From Candidatus Latescibacterota bacterium (lineage in GTDB: Bacteria; Latescibacterota; UBA2968): 64,000 nt of DNA. Position numbers and translations under genes: made by a program. Every line of letters starts with the position of its first letter. The first letter of the stretch is position 1. The DNA is taken from NCBI GenBank assembly GCA_965198115.1, contig OZ240241.1:3552001-3616000 (forward strand), given 5' to 3'. The notes under the pieces were generated by a model. It searched no databases, was not told the origin of the DNA, and saw nothing but the letters and a program-made list of their open reading frames with translations. This document shows positions 28,152 to 38,100 of this stretch, piece after piece.

Positions 28152-29690
28152 ATGGCGGAAGCAACAGCAACACCTCAGCTCACCCGCAAGGACTTCGTCT
28201 CCGACCAGGAAGTTCGCTGGTGCCCGGGATGCGGCGACTATGCCATACTCGCCCAGATGCAGCGCATCATGCCCGATCTGGGAATCCCCAAAGAGAAGAT
28301 CGTGTTCGTATCCGGTATCGGCTGCTCCAGTCGTTTTCCTTACTACATGGACACCTACGGGATCCACTCGATTCACGGGCGGGCACCGACTCTCGCGACC
28401 GGTCTCAAGGTGGCCAATCCCGACCTCCACGTTTGGGTGATCACGGGCGACGGTGACGGGCTGTCGATCGGCGGGAATCACATGCTTCACGTTCTGCGCC
28501 GTAACGTGGACGTCAACATCATCCTGTTCAACAACCGGATCTACGGACTCACGAAAGGTCAGTACTCTCCCACGTCATTGCCCGGTCACAAGACGAAGTC
28601 CTCACCCATGGGATCTATCGAACAGTCGTTCAACCCCATTTCCGTGGCCATCGGGGCAGAGGCCACGTTCGTCGCGCGCACGGCCGACCGAAATACCAAA
28701 CATCTGGCAGAAATTTTGGCGAAGGCCGCCGCCCACAAAGGAACGTCGTTCGTCGAGGTTTACCAGAACTGCAACATCTTCAACGACGGCGCGTGGCTCC
28801 ACATCACCGAGTCCGAGGTAAGAGACGACAACACCCTGATCCTCGAAGATGGGGAGCCCATGATCTTCGGAAAGGACCAGGATCGTGGGATCCGTCTCAA
28901 CGGTCTCTATCCCGAAGTCGTCGAGCTGGGCAACGGCGTGAGCGAAAACGAACTCCTCGTTCACGACGACAAGGCAGAAGGCCCCGAGCTCGCTTACCTG
29001 CTGAGCCGGCTCGGACCGCCGGATTTCCCGGTTCCTCTCGGGGTCTACCGATCGATCGAACGCCCGACCTACGAGGGCCAATTGGTCGAGCAGGGCGCTC
29101 AAGCCGTGGAAGAGAAGGGCGCCGGTGACCTGGCCAAGCTCTACCACGCGAGCGATACCTGGATCGTTCCTGAGGATTCCGGCTGGGTCCCTCCGGAGCA
29201 GCGCCGGGCGCTATCCACAGAGGTTTCCCCATCGACACCCGACTACACGCCCGACATCGATCACGAGGAAGAACCAAAAAGCGAGCTTCAAGACCTGATG
29301 GAGAACCGCATCGCCACGCTCGATCTGCCAGAGCCAGCCTGCGTCAAAGCCGAGACGACGCTCGCCGAAGGCGTTCAGCTGATGAAGGACCAGAACTTGG
29401 GGTGCCTGCTAGTCACCGACGATGATGGTAAGATCGAGGGGATTTTCGCGCAGGGTGACATCTTCTCCCAGGTTGCCCGCCGCGATATGGACATGAACAC
29501 CACTACGGTGGGATCCCTGATGACCCCGGATCCGACCACCCTCAGCCGATCGGCCCCGATCGGACACGTCTTGCACCTGATGGCGCTTCACGGATTCCGT
29601 CACATCCCGATCGTCAACCGCGAGGGCAAACCCGTCGCCCTGGCGTCGTTCAAATCCGTACTCCAGTTCCTGGGCGGCATCCTGCAGTAG
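28152..29690 (+). CDS. korB: 2-oxoacid:ferredoxin oxidoreductase beta subunit fused to a C-terminal CBS pair
   Basis: WCPGCGD, SGIGCSSR, HGRA, GDGD..NN.IYGLTKGQ; after an acidic linker, CBS motifs GCLLVTDDDGKIEGIF, LMTPDP, GFRHIPIV. Confidence 0.92.
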   Translation: MAEATATPQLTRKDFVSDQEVRWCPGCGDYAILAQMQRIMPDLGIPKEKIVFVSGIGCSSRFPYYMDTYGIHSIHGRAPTLATGLKVANPDLHVWVITGDGDGLSIGGNHMLHVLRRNVDVNIILFNNRIYGLTKGQYSPTSLPGHKTKSSPMGSIEQSFNPISVAIGAEATFVARTADRNTKHLAEILAKAAAHKGTSFVEVYQNCNIFNDGAWLHITESEVRDDNTLILEDGEPMIFGKDQDRGIRLNGLYPEVVELGNGVSENELLVHDDKAEGPELAYLLSRLGPPDFPVPLGVYRSIERPTYEGQLVEQGAQAVEEKGAGDLAKLYHASDTWIVPEDSGWVPPEQRRALSTEVSPSTPDYTPDIDHEEEPKSELQDLMENRIATLDLPEPACVKAETTLAEGVQLMKDQNLGCLLVTDDDGKIEGIFAQGDIFSQVARRDMDMNTTTVGSLMTPDPTTLSRSAPIGHVLHLMALHGFRHIPIVNREGKPVALASFKSVLQFLGGILQ

Positions 29691-29765
29691 CCCAGCACAG
29701 AGATCGACTGAAACGCCCTCCGTCTTCACGCGGTGGGCGTTTCTCGTTCCACCAGGAGAGCCAGA

Positions 29766-30764
29766 ATGGAAACGCTCAGAATCGGGATCGTCGGATCGGG
29801 TGGGATGGCAACCCGGCGCGCGCAGAACCTCTCGAACCTCGACCGCTGCCACATCGCCGCCATCGCGGCCCGCAACCCGGAAACCGGGTCCCGATTGGCG
29901 AAACAGACCGGAGCGGACCTCACGACGGATTGGCACGACCTGATCGCCAGGGACGACATCCACGCGATCGTCGTGGCCACCCACAACGCCCTGCATGGAT
30001 CCATCATCATCGCCGCGCTCGAAGCTGGCCACCACGTCTTCTCTGAATACCCAGCCTCTCGCACGACGACCGAATGCGCAGCTATCGACGAACTCATCGA
30101 CGGTCAGGCCGTTCTTCGTCTCGCCCACAATGCCCACATCTCCTCCGAGCATCGGGCCCTGCGCACGAGCATCGATCAGTCGGGCGCACCCGTACTCTCG
30201 CACTTCCTCCGGCTCACGCCCGGTCGTGGCCGACGCCCCGAGGTGTTGTTCAACCTGGACCTGTCGGGCCCGCCCGCCCTTTTCTTCGTCTACCAGGTCC
30301 AACCCTACGTCAAATTCTTCGGCCCTGCCTCATCGGTCCACTGCGAAGCAACCTATGAAGGCTTGCGTGACGACACCTCATACGACCGCTTCGTGAACGC
30401 CCTGACCGTGCGGTTCGAGAAGGGAGTCTGCGGCCAGTGGACCTGGGCGGGTGGAATCACCATCGACCGTGCCATCCAGGAAGCTCGCATCGTCACAACC
30501 GATGCCACATTCATCGAGACCGACGATGGCTGGGACATCTCCACGCAAGACACCGTATCGCCGCTCGAATTCGGCGAAAACGAGCATACGCTGGAATCCC
30601 AGTTCCTCGTCGACATCGCGGGTGATTCCGACTGGCGAGCCGACGCCCGAATCGATCTCGAGGCCGATCGGATCGGTCTTGCGGCTGAACGATCCGCCTC
30701 CGAGGGCCGTGTAGTCGACCTGAGCGAGACTCGTGAAGCATCCTTCCGCGTCCCAACCGGCTGA
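29766..30764 (+). CDS. Gfo/Idh/MocA family oxidoreductase
   Basis: RIGIVGSGGMA, VVATHNALH, ALEAGHHVFSEYP. Confidence 0.85.
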   Translation: METLRIGIVGSGGMATRRAQNLSNLDRCHIAAIAARNPETGSRLAKQTGADLTTDWHDLIARDDIHAIVVATHNALHGSIIIAALEAGHHVFSEYPASRTTTECAAIDELIDGQAVLRLAHNAHISSEHRALRTSIDQSGAPVLSHFLRLTPGRGRRPEVLFNLDLSGPPALFFVYQVQPYVKFFGPASSVHCEATYEGLRDDTSYDRFVNALTVRFEKGVCGQWTWAGGITIDRAIQEARIVTTDATFIETDDGWDISTQDTVSPLEFGENEHTLESQFLVDIAGDSDWRADARIDLEADRIGLAAERSASEGRVVDLSETREASFRVPTG

Positions 30765-30786
30765 TTCGACTCATCGCCAAATGAAA

Positions 30787-30811
30787 TGGCCCTTCCAGAT
30801 CGGAAGGGCCA
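30787..30811. terminator. Hairpin between convergent genes
   Basis: TGGCCCTTCC-AGATC-GGAAGGGCCA. Confidence 0.6.
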
Positions 30812-31264
30812 CTATTTGTTCTTGAAGGTAATGTGCGGAATCAGAGTGGGCTCGAAGCGGTCCAGACCATCCAGACCAAGCCGCTTGGCGTGCGCCCATC
30901 CCTCGTCGATACATCGACAAACATCCTTCACGCCGAGTCCCAGGAACGGGTCCGGAAACTGATGGAGTTTGGCACGTGCGTTGTCGAAGTGTTTGATGAC
31001 GCCGTGGTAGACGCCTCGCTGAAGCTGATGGTAGGCGGCCGCCAGCTGAATCAGCGCCTGGAAAAAAATCCGGTTCGGGGTCTCACATCGTCGCCAGACC
31101 TGTTCCCACGCCTCGTGGCTCTCCCAATACTCGCCCGCGTTGAAAAGCTCGGCCCCACGCCGAAGATCCTGCCAATCCTCGCGTGTCAGCTCCGGCTCGA
31201 CCGCGGCATCCGCCTCGATCGTGTACGCCGGGCGTTCCCGAGCACGTTCGAAATCCCTACGCAT
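30812..31264 (-). CDS. DUF309 domain protein
   Basis: LFNAGEYWESHEAWE..W, FQALIQLAAA.H. Confidence 0.88.
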   Translation of the reverse strand: MRRDFERARERPAYTIEADAAVEPELTREDWQDLRRGAELFNAGEYWESHEAWEQVWRRCETPNRIFFQALIQLAAAYHQLQRGVYHGVIKHFDNARAKLHQFPDPFLGLGVKDVCRCIDEGWAHAKRLGLDGLDRFEPTLIPHITFKNK

Positions 31265-32003
31265 CGACCTGATGCGCAGCGACGTGCTGCTCCAGGGCGG
31301 CTTCGATGGCCATCAGATGGGCACGCACACGGATGTCGAGCTCCAGACTGCTGGGGGACTCCGATGTGATCATGTTTTCGGTGTGTTCGTTCCTGAAGAG
31401 CGAGATCGGGATGCCGCTTCCATCGCGTCGCTTTGGAACGTCCATATTGGGATGAATCACACCCGCGACAGCGTCCTCTCCTTCGATGCGATTCCGGGAA
31501 TCGACGGGACAGACCCCACGAACACGATCGGTAATCGAACGACCGATCGACTTCAGCCTGTACTGTTCATAGAGGTAATAGCCCTGGCTTTCCCAATCCT
31601 CGTGAAGATCCAGGACGCATCGGAAACGCTGATTGGAAACCACCTTCTTGATACAGGCGATTTCTGGCACGTCGTCGCGCAGAAAGGCCCAGTTGATGTC
31701 CACATCCTAGGCGTTCAGACGCTGATCGGCGACCCAGGCGAAAGGACAGAGACACGGAACGACGGTCAAACGAAAGTGCCGACCCCATCGAACAGTCGCG
31801 TCTTCCAGAAACGTCAGCGCAGCCTCGACACCGGCCGGCTCATCACCGTGTGTGCCCCCGTTGATAAAAACGGCCGGCTGACCTTCATCTGACAGAGTCT
31901 CGACGGCGATGACCGGATACCCCGCCACTTCGTCCAGCACACGCGATTGAAGTCCATCCAGCGCCCGAATCCTATCCACGACCGACGAGAAGTCGCGAAT
32001 CAC
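31257..32003 (-). pseudogene. M14-family (succinylglutamate desuccinylase/MpaA-like) peptidase with an in-frame TAG at 31707-31709
   Basis: GGTHGDEPAG in the first part; RLNA*DVDINWAF; LDLHED in the second part; both parts share one frame. Confidence 0.75.
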
Positions 32004-32153
32004 GACCGCGGCCTCAAATCGCCGTTCCGGCCAGCTTCGCCAGGGCCCCGATCACCCGGTCGTGAATCTGCCCGTTGCTCACGACCACCCCCTGATTCTG
32101 CCGCATCCGTGAATCGGCTCGAAAATCGCAACATCCGTTTCACGCACGTACAT

Positions 32154-33047
32154 CTACTTCGTGTCCACCGAGCGGTCGAGCCATCCGTGAAGCCCGATGT
32201 CAGCCGACCGGCGCCACGCAGTCAAAAACAAGGATGCCGTAAATCGCACAGACTCCGTCGCACGCTCCTTCGCGAACTTGGAAACGGCTTCGTTCGGCTC
32301 CCAGCCCTTCTGGCTGTAGCGAGGGAGTAGCTCTCCGAGCACGTAGGTATCTTCGACGAGCCCAAACCCGGTCTTGAACTGAGCCAGGATCGACGGCATC
32401 AGCGAATCGGCAGCTGTGACCTCGATTCCCTTCGCCAGATCGGCCGGCGACATCTCGAAAAACTCCGGAAGGGCGTCCACTTTCTCGTGAATGCCTCGGT
32501 GCACCTTCTCGCCATCAGGTCCGATACGACCGTTGAAGTGAATCGTCAGATGCAGCGGCTGACAAAGATCCTGCGCATAGTGTGCGACGAAGCCCGCGTA
32601 GAGCAGGCACTTGCTCTGGATGTAGGGATTCTCCGGCCACTTCCGATGCTCGGCGAAGGCAACCGCAAGACGCTCGGTCCATTCGGCCAGGGCATAGGGT
32701 AGAAATCCTACCTCCTCAGGCTTCTGGCCCAACTCGTGGCAGAGCGCGATGAAAGTGAAGCGATCGGTGGGAAGTGCTCTTCCGTCCAGCAGTTCCAGAT
32801 CGAGGAAATGCTCACCGTGTTCGGCTGCCGATACGATCGGGGCGTCGCGGTTCTTCGAAATGTCCGGATCGTAGGACGCGTGGGCGACGCCCCTGGCGCC
32901 CGCCCGAAAGAAGGCGGGCATTTCGTCCGGTAGGGCTGTGACGGCCGCCTGCGATAGAATGTCGTGGCCGCCCCCCCACCAGGCCGATGCCGAGGATGCA
33001 GTCATCAAAACGAACAGTGCTACGGCCAGCCTACGCTCACGAGGCAT
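32154..33047 (-). CDS. Secreted S1/P1 nuclease / zinc phospholipase C-like protein
   Basis: Signal peptide followed by W(W)GGGH; HFLDLE, HYAQDLCQPLH, IHEKVD. Confidence 0.8.
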   Translation of the reverse strand: MPRERRLAVALFVLMTASSASAWWGGGHDILSQAAVTALPDEMPAFFRAGARGVAHASYDPDISKNRDAPIVSAAEHGEHFLDLELLDGRALPTDRFTFIALCHELGQKPEEVGFLPYALAEWTERLAVAFAEHRKWPENPYIQSKCLLYAGFVAHYAQDLCQPLHLTIHFNGRIGPDGEKVHRGIHEKVDALPEFFEMSPADLAKGIEVTAADSLMPSILAQFKTGFGLVEDTYVLGELLPRYSQKGWEPNEAVSKFAKERATESVRFTASLFLTAWRRSADIGLHGWLDRSVDTK

Positions 33048-33260
33048 CCTTTTCTCCTTGACCCAGAGTATGAATCCGATTAGACTCTCAATGTATTCAG
33101 CCCGCGATGCGACCGAGCTCTCTGGGGAGTGTAGCTCGAATTCGTCCGCTGGCCGATCTCTCTCTTGGGCACCCCAGGCGCGACCTGCGGGTGCTTTGTT
33201 TTTGGGGCTCGGCCAAGGTGGAACTGGCCGGCACAGCCACTGTCAAAAGCCGCCACACCA

Positions 33261-33297
33261 GAAGGGCCATCCGTCCTACCTGTTCGGATGGCCCTTC
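33261..33297 (-). terminator. Hairpin immediately after selC
   Basis: 13-bp perfect stem GAAGGGCCATCCG/CGGATGGCCCTTC. Confidence 0.6.
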
Positions 33298-33302
33298 GCA
33301 CT

Positions 33303-33400
33303 TGGCGGAAGCGCATCGGAATCGAACCGATCCTGTGTGGTTCTAGCACACAACAACGGGTTTGAAGCCCGCGGGGGACACCAGTTCCCCTCCCGCTTCC
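33303..33400 (-). tRNA. selC: tRNA-Sec (anticodon UCA)
   Basis: GGAAGCG...TGGT D-loop, GCGGG-CTTCAAA-CCCGT anticodon arm, long variable arm, ATCGG-TTCGATT-CCGAT T-arm, CGCTTCC-GCCA end; 98 nt. Confidence 0.93.
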
Positions 33401-33403
33401 GTG

Positions 33404-34427
33404 TCAGTCGGCTTCCATCAGTGCATCTTCGCGCGCCATCTGCTCCTTCTGCCAGCCATAGTCGACGTCGCCCTCGTAAAAGGCTTCGGGTGTTTCGATC
33501 GCCCAGAGCTGCTTTCTGATCAGCCAGTTCTTGGGATCGAGTCGAAACGCCTGCTTCAACTCGGCGATCGCTGCCTCCCGTTTCCCCTGGTCCAGGAGAA
33601 CGATCGCAAGCTGGAATCGCGCGTCAGCCTCCCGTTCTTCACCCGACAGAGGCTGGATCTTCGCGACCTCCCCTTCCTTCCAGGCGGCCGGCACCTCGCC
33701 CGTCTCCGCCCACGCCGTCAGCTCCGACCGGAACGTACCATCTTCGATGTTGACGGATCCGACGGAACGAACGAGTCGCCCGTCCTCGTCGACAATGATT
33801 GCGACGGGAACGAACTTCACGTTAAAGGCCTTTCCAATCTGATTCCGTTGATCCAACAGGGCACGATACGTTCCCCCCGCCTGTGTCACCCACGGGAGAG
33901 CAACGTCGGCGCCCTGCGCGTCCTGAGCGATGACCACGATCTCGACACGATCGCCATACGTTTGATAGAATCGCTGCCACCCGGGCAGCTGGCCACGACA
34001 TCCTCACCAGGACGCCCACATGAAGAAGACCGTTCGTTTGCCTTCGAAGTCGAACGACCGAACCGGCTCGCCCGTCGAGAGATCGGGCAACGTGAACTGA
34101 GGGGGACGGTCTCCTGCACCCAGCCCTGAGCTCGGCTTGTCCATTCCTACCGCATCCCCGTCTCCACGCCAGCTCACCTGGAGGGGCGGCCCCTACCTGA
34201 CCCAGGTCGACGTAGTCCACGCCATCCACTTCAATCAGATCTCCGTCAGCCAGTGGAATACACAAATCGCCCCGGCAGACCGAAAGCTGGTCCCCGCCTG
34301 GAAGGGGCTTCAGCTCCGAGCCCGTTGCCAAACAGAAGGCGTTCAGGTCAGCGTAGGTCTTTCCATCGCGCGTCGTTGCACGAATCGGTGTCTCAACACC
34401 GTCGATGGTTACAGCATCGTAGTCCAT
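33404..34427 (-). CDS. UGC-type peroxiredoxin/TlpA-like selenoprotein with C-terminal TPR; Sec at 34004-34006; +1 frameshift near 34182-34193
   Basis: GDRPPQFTLPD...FFMWASW-TGA-GCRGQLPGWQ is in frame with ORF 33404..33937; N-terminal CRGDLCIPL; GGAGG RBS before ATG 34427 (alternative start 34499 would add a signal-like peptide). Confidence 0.85.
33973..33989 (-). promoter_or_regulatory. Candidate bacterial SECIS element
   Basis: GCUGCC-CGGGU-GGCAGC; the loop starts 20 nt after the UGA and has G at loop position 2. Confidence 0.7.
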
Positions 34428-34479
34428 TGCGGACCCTCCTCCCGGCCACAGTAATAGAACGACCACGACAATCGCTCTG

Positions 34480-36375
34480 CTATAGTAGGACACGCACATC
34501 GCCCTTTCGTTCCGTCACGCCCTCCGAATCGAAGAAGTTCAGAAGGGGAACAGCGTATTTTCGCGAGGTTCCGACCAGGTCCCTGAAATCCGACACCCCA
34601 ATTTCGCCACGATCGGTCGCGAACTGAACAAGCTTCTTACGAATCTCGTCGATCGTCTCCGAAGCGAACCACATCGACTCTTCGAGCCTCACCAGATCGC
34701 CCAGCGAGGCCATCGCATCCAATATCTGGTCCAGGTCGCCGTCACCTGCCGCCGACGCCAGCTCTACGAGATCGGGCGGCGACGCACCGGCCGCTCTTAG
34801 CGTCGTCAAAACCGACAGCCGCGTCGACTCCTGTTCAGGGCCGAACGTGACCACGTGGCCTGCTGCTCGCAGAACGGGGCCGTCCTTGACCACGTGGCCC
34901 GACGAAACGACCGCGTCGACCGCCCGTTGAACGAACGTCGGATCCGCATCGCGTCCAACAGCGGATCTGAGCGCACCTTGCGGCATCCCGGACTGGAGCG
35001 GATGCGAAACGTGATGCGCCGTCACGAGACGCTCGATGTCGGCCACCAGCCCATTCCAGTGCTCGGCAGCGGCGTAGCCGTCGTCCAGGCCGGGCACCAG
35101 CGTCGCCTCTTCGGCCTGCACCAGGTCAGCCAGATGCTGCTTGACGCGGTCGACCGACGTGCCCAGCTCCATCGCCAGCCCCGATGGTGTCGAAACGCTC
35201 CGTCGCGCCCGATCGAGGTAATGGAGCACAACCCGCGTCGGGTCATCCGTTTCGAGCTCGTGGAGTGCCGCGGTGACCTCGGAGCGCAGCCGACGATGTT
35301 TGACAGGTCTGGCATCCAGAACCACGCCACCACCCAGCGTCACGACGGGACTGAAACGCCGGATCACGAATCGGTCTCCCCGGGCGACCACCCCGGGGGC
35401 TTCCAGACGGAGCTGAACGAGCCCCGATTGGCCGGGCGATATCTCGTCCGTTTCCAGAGTCACGACCCTGGCCAGGACGTCTCGCGGCCCCAGGTGCAGG
35501 TGGACGCGGGCCCTATTCTTCACCGGCGACGCCTCCTCGAGCACCTCGAGACGCGCATCGATCATGTAGGTCGTTTCGAAGTGGTCGGGCTGGACCAGCA
35601 GATCGCCACGCTCGACATCCGCGACCTCCACCCCCGCAAGGTTCACGGCGACCCGTGCCCCGGCCACGGCCAACTCGACATCCTGCCCGTGCGTCTGAAG
35701 CCCCCGCACGCGCACCTGCTGTCCACCCGGCAAAAGATCGACCGAATCTCCATCAGTAACCTTACCGGAAACGACCGTACCAGTCACAATGGTACCAAAA
35801 CCACGGACCGAAAAGGCGCGATCGACCGGCAATCGAAACACGCCGCTGTCCGGACGCTCTCCGACATTCGCGATCTCCCGTTCCACGAGGTCACGCAGCT
35901 CGTCGATCCCCTCTCCCGTCTCGCTCGAAACGGGCACGATCGGCGCGTCGGCCAGGAACGTGCCTTCCACGAGATCGGGTAGCTCCTCCGTCACGAGTTC
36001 CACCCACTCCTCTTCGACCAGATCCGTCTTGGTCAGGGCGATGATGCCGCGTTCTACGCCCAGCAGATTCAGAATCCCGAGGTGCTCGTGCGTTTGAGGC
36101 ATCGGACCGTCGTCGGCCGCCACGACGAAGAGTGCCAGGTCGACACTACAGACGCCGGTCACCATATTTTTCACGAAGCGTTCGTGTCCGGGAACGTCGA
36201 TAAAGGTGACGTTGTCCTTCCAGTAGGCGAACCCGATATCGATCGTTACGCCCCGCGCCTTCTCCTCGGGCAACGTATCCGTATCGATTCCGGTCAACGC
36301 ACGGACGAGCGCCGTCTTGCCGTGATCGATATGACCCGCCGTTCCGATGATCACGTGGCGCACGGGTCGCTCCAT
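34480..36375 (-). CDS. selB: Selenocysteine-specific elongation factor
   Basis: GTAGHIDHGKT, DVPGHERFVKNM, DRAFSVRGFGT, C-terminal winged helix TSRKYAVPLLNFFD. Confidence 0.97.
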   Translation of the reverse strand: MERPVRHVIIGTAGHIDHGKTALVRALTGIDTDTLPEEKARGVTIDIGFAYWKDNVTFIDVPGHERFVKNMVTGVCSVDLALFVVAADDGPMPQTHEHLGILNLLGVERGIIALTKTDLVEEEWVELVTEELPDLVEGTFLADAPIVPVSSETGEGIDELRDLVEREIANVGERPDSGVFRLPVDRAFSVRGFGTIVTGTVVSGKVTDGDSVDLLPGGQQVRVRGLQTHGQDVELAVAGARVAVNLAGVEVADVERGDLLVQPDHFETTYMIDARLEVLEEASPVKNRARVHLHLGPRDVLARVVTLETDEISPGQSGLVQLRLEAPGVVARGDRFVIRRFSPVVTLGGGVVLDARPVKHRRLRSEVTAALHELETDDPTRVVLHYLDRARRSVSTPSGLAMELGTSVDRVKQHLADLVQAEEATLVPGLDDGYAAAEHWNGLVADIERLVTAHHVSHPLQSGMPQGALRSAVGRDADPTFVQRAVDAVVSSGHVVKDGPVLRAAGHVVTFGPEQESTRLSVLTTLRAAGASPPDLVELASAAGDGDLDQILDAMASLGDLVRLEESMWFASETIDEIRKKLVQFATDRGEIGVSDFRDLVGTSRKYAVPLLNFFDSEGVTERKGDVRVLL

Positions 36376-37769
36376 TCGACATCGAGCACCCTCTGGATGG
36401 CGTCGGCGACTGCCTGCACATCGTCATCCGGCACGGTCCTCAGATCCAGATGAAGGGCATCGTCTCGAACATAGCCGACGACCGGTGGATTTCCCAGTCT
36501 CAGACGTCGCGCAAGCTCGCCCGCCGAGCAGCTCGACCGAACGATCACAGCCGCACTCGGGATCGTTTCGACAGGAAGCGCGCCGCTCCCTACCTGCGCG
36601 GCCGAATCCACGATGTCGACATCGCGGGTCCCGATCGCCGTCGCCAGACGTCCGGCCCGAGCCCGCACGGTCTCTACCGATTCGGTCAGCATACGCGTCA
36701 CCGGGTGACGTTCGGGCAGACGGCTCGCGTTCAGGAACAGCTTGAGGGTTTCCTCCAAAAGGAGATAGGTGATCTTGTCGCATCGGAGGGCTCGCATCAA
36801 AGGATTTCGTCGGATTCGCTCCAATGCGTCCCGCTTGCCGACCAGAATCCCGCATTGTGGGCCCCCAAGCATCTTGTCGCCACTGAACGTCACGACATCG
36901 GCTCCGGCTTCCACACTCTCGGAAGCGATCGGTTCGTAGGGCAACCCGAATGCTCGAACGTCGTGCAATACCCCGCCCCCGAGGTCGTGCAACACAGGGA
37001 CGTCGTGACGCGCACCGATCTCGACCAGATCGGACAGGGAAACCTCGGCCGTAAACCCTTCCACGCGAAAGTTGCTCGGGTGAACCGAAAGCAGGAGCGA
37101 TGTGGCGTCGGTGATCGCGGCCTCGTAGTCTCCGGCGTGCGTCCGGTTCGTCGTACCCACCTCGACCATTCTCGCGCCACTGCGTTCCATAATGGCAGGA
37201 ATGCGGAAAGACCCGCCGATCTCCACCAGCTGACCCCGCGACACGATCGCTTCGCCGCCCTCCGCCAGCGTGTTCAGCGCGATCAGGACGGCGGCCGCAT
37301 TGTTGTTCACGAGCGCGGCCGACTCGGCGTTCGTCAGCCGACACAGCAGCGACTCGACGTGGTCGATGCGGGACCCACGATCGCCCGATACCAGATCGTA
37401 CTCCAGATTGGAGTAACCCGAGGCGATCTCAGCAACTTTCCGCGCAACGTCTTCGGCAATCGGAGCACGGCCGAGATTGGTATGGAGAACCACCCCCGAT
37501 GCGTTGATGACACGTCGGAGACTCGGAGACATCAGTCGCTCGACACGTCGCTCGATGTCCTCGACGATCCGTGCTTCCAGGTTGCCCTCCGGGACGAACA
37601 CGCCTTCCCGAAGCCGATTGCGCAGGTCGGCTGCCGCATCGCGGGCCAGGTCGACCAAAATGGATCGGTCACAGTGAACGGATAGCGCGCGCACGGCCGG
37701 AAGATCGAGCAATCGATCTACACCGGGAATCTGCGAAAGAAGAGCCTGCTTGGGATTGGATGTGCTCAC
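36351..37769 (-). CDS. selA: L-seryl-tRNA(Sec) selenium transferase
   Basis: VINASGVVLHTNLGRAP, VNNNAAAV, EIGGSFRIP, EVGTTNRT, FSGDKMLGGPQ; start approximate. Confidence 0.96.
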   Translation of the reverse strand: MSTSNPKQALLSQIPGVDRLLDLPAVRALSVHCDRSILVDLARDAAADLRNRLREGVFVPEGNLEARIVEDIERRVERLMSPSLRRVINASGVVLHTNLGRAPIAEDVARKVAEIASGYSNLEYDLVSGDRGSRIDHVESLLCRLTNAESAALVNNNAAAVLIALNTLAEGGEAIVSRGQLVEIGGSFRIPAIMERSGARMVEVGTTNRTHAGDYEAAITDATSLLLSVHPSNFRVEGFTAEVSLSDLVEIGARHDVPVLHDLGGGVLHDVRAFGLPYEPIASESVEAGADVVTFSGDKMLGGPQCGILVGKRDALERIRRNPLMRALRCDKITYLLLEETLKLFLNASRLPERHPVTRMLTESVETVRARAGRLATAIGTRDVDIVDSAAQVGSGALPVETIPSAAVIVRSSCSAGELARRLRLGNPPVVGYVRDDALHLDLRTVPDDDVQAVADAIQRVLDVEWSDPCAT

Positions 37770-37998
37770 GTCGAAGACCGAATGAGGATGCGGTAACTTC
37801 GTTTCGATGCTTGTCGACAAGGTCCATTGAGGACCGCAACGCCGACAAGCCCGTAAGTTACTATAAATCAACCGGATTCGCGGGAATCGGACCATTCGTC
37901 TCCCCACCGGCATCCGGGTCGTCCAATATCCTAATTTATCCTTCGGCGCAAAAAGGCGCAATCGCCTTGTCTCCCGGCAAAGCTCGCAAGTGCTTTAT

Positions 37999-38027
37999 TT
38001 GACAAGAATTTGGGCAAGTCGTATCTT
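37999..38027 (+). promoter_or_regulatory. sigma70-type promoter
   Basis: TTGACA-N17-TATCTT. Confidence 0.65.
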
Positions 38028-38100
38028 CTGCCTTGCGTGCGATTTTCCTCCGCAGTTCCCCTTCTGCGCCATACAATCTGTGCCCCTTCACGAGGATTTT

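Noticed and set aside
31707-31709. Selenocysteine or pyrrolysine at the M14 internal stop
   Set aside because: The codon is UAG, not UGA; there are no pyl genes in the window and the position is not an obvious catalytic site.
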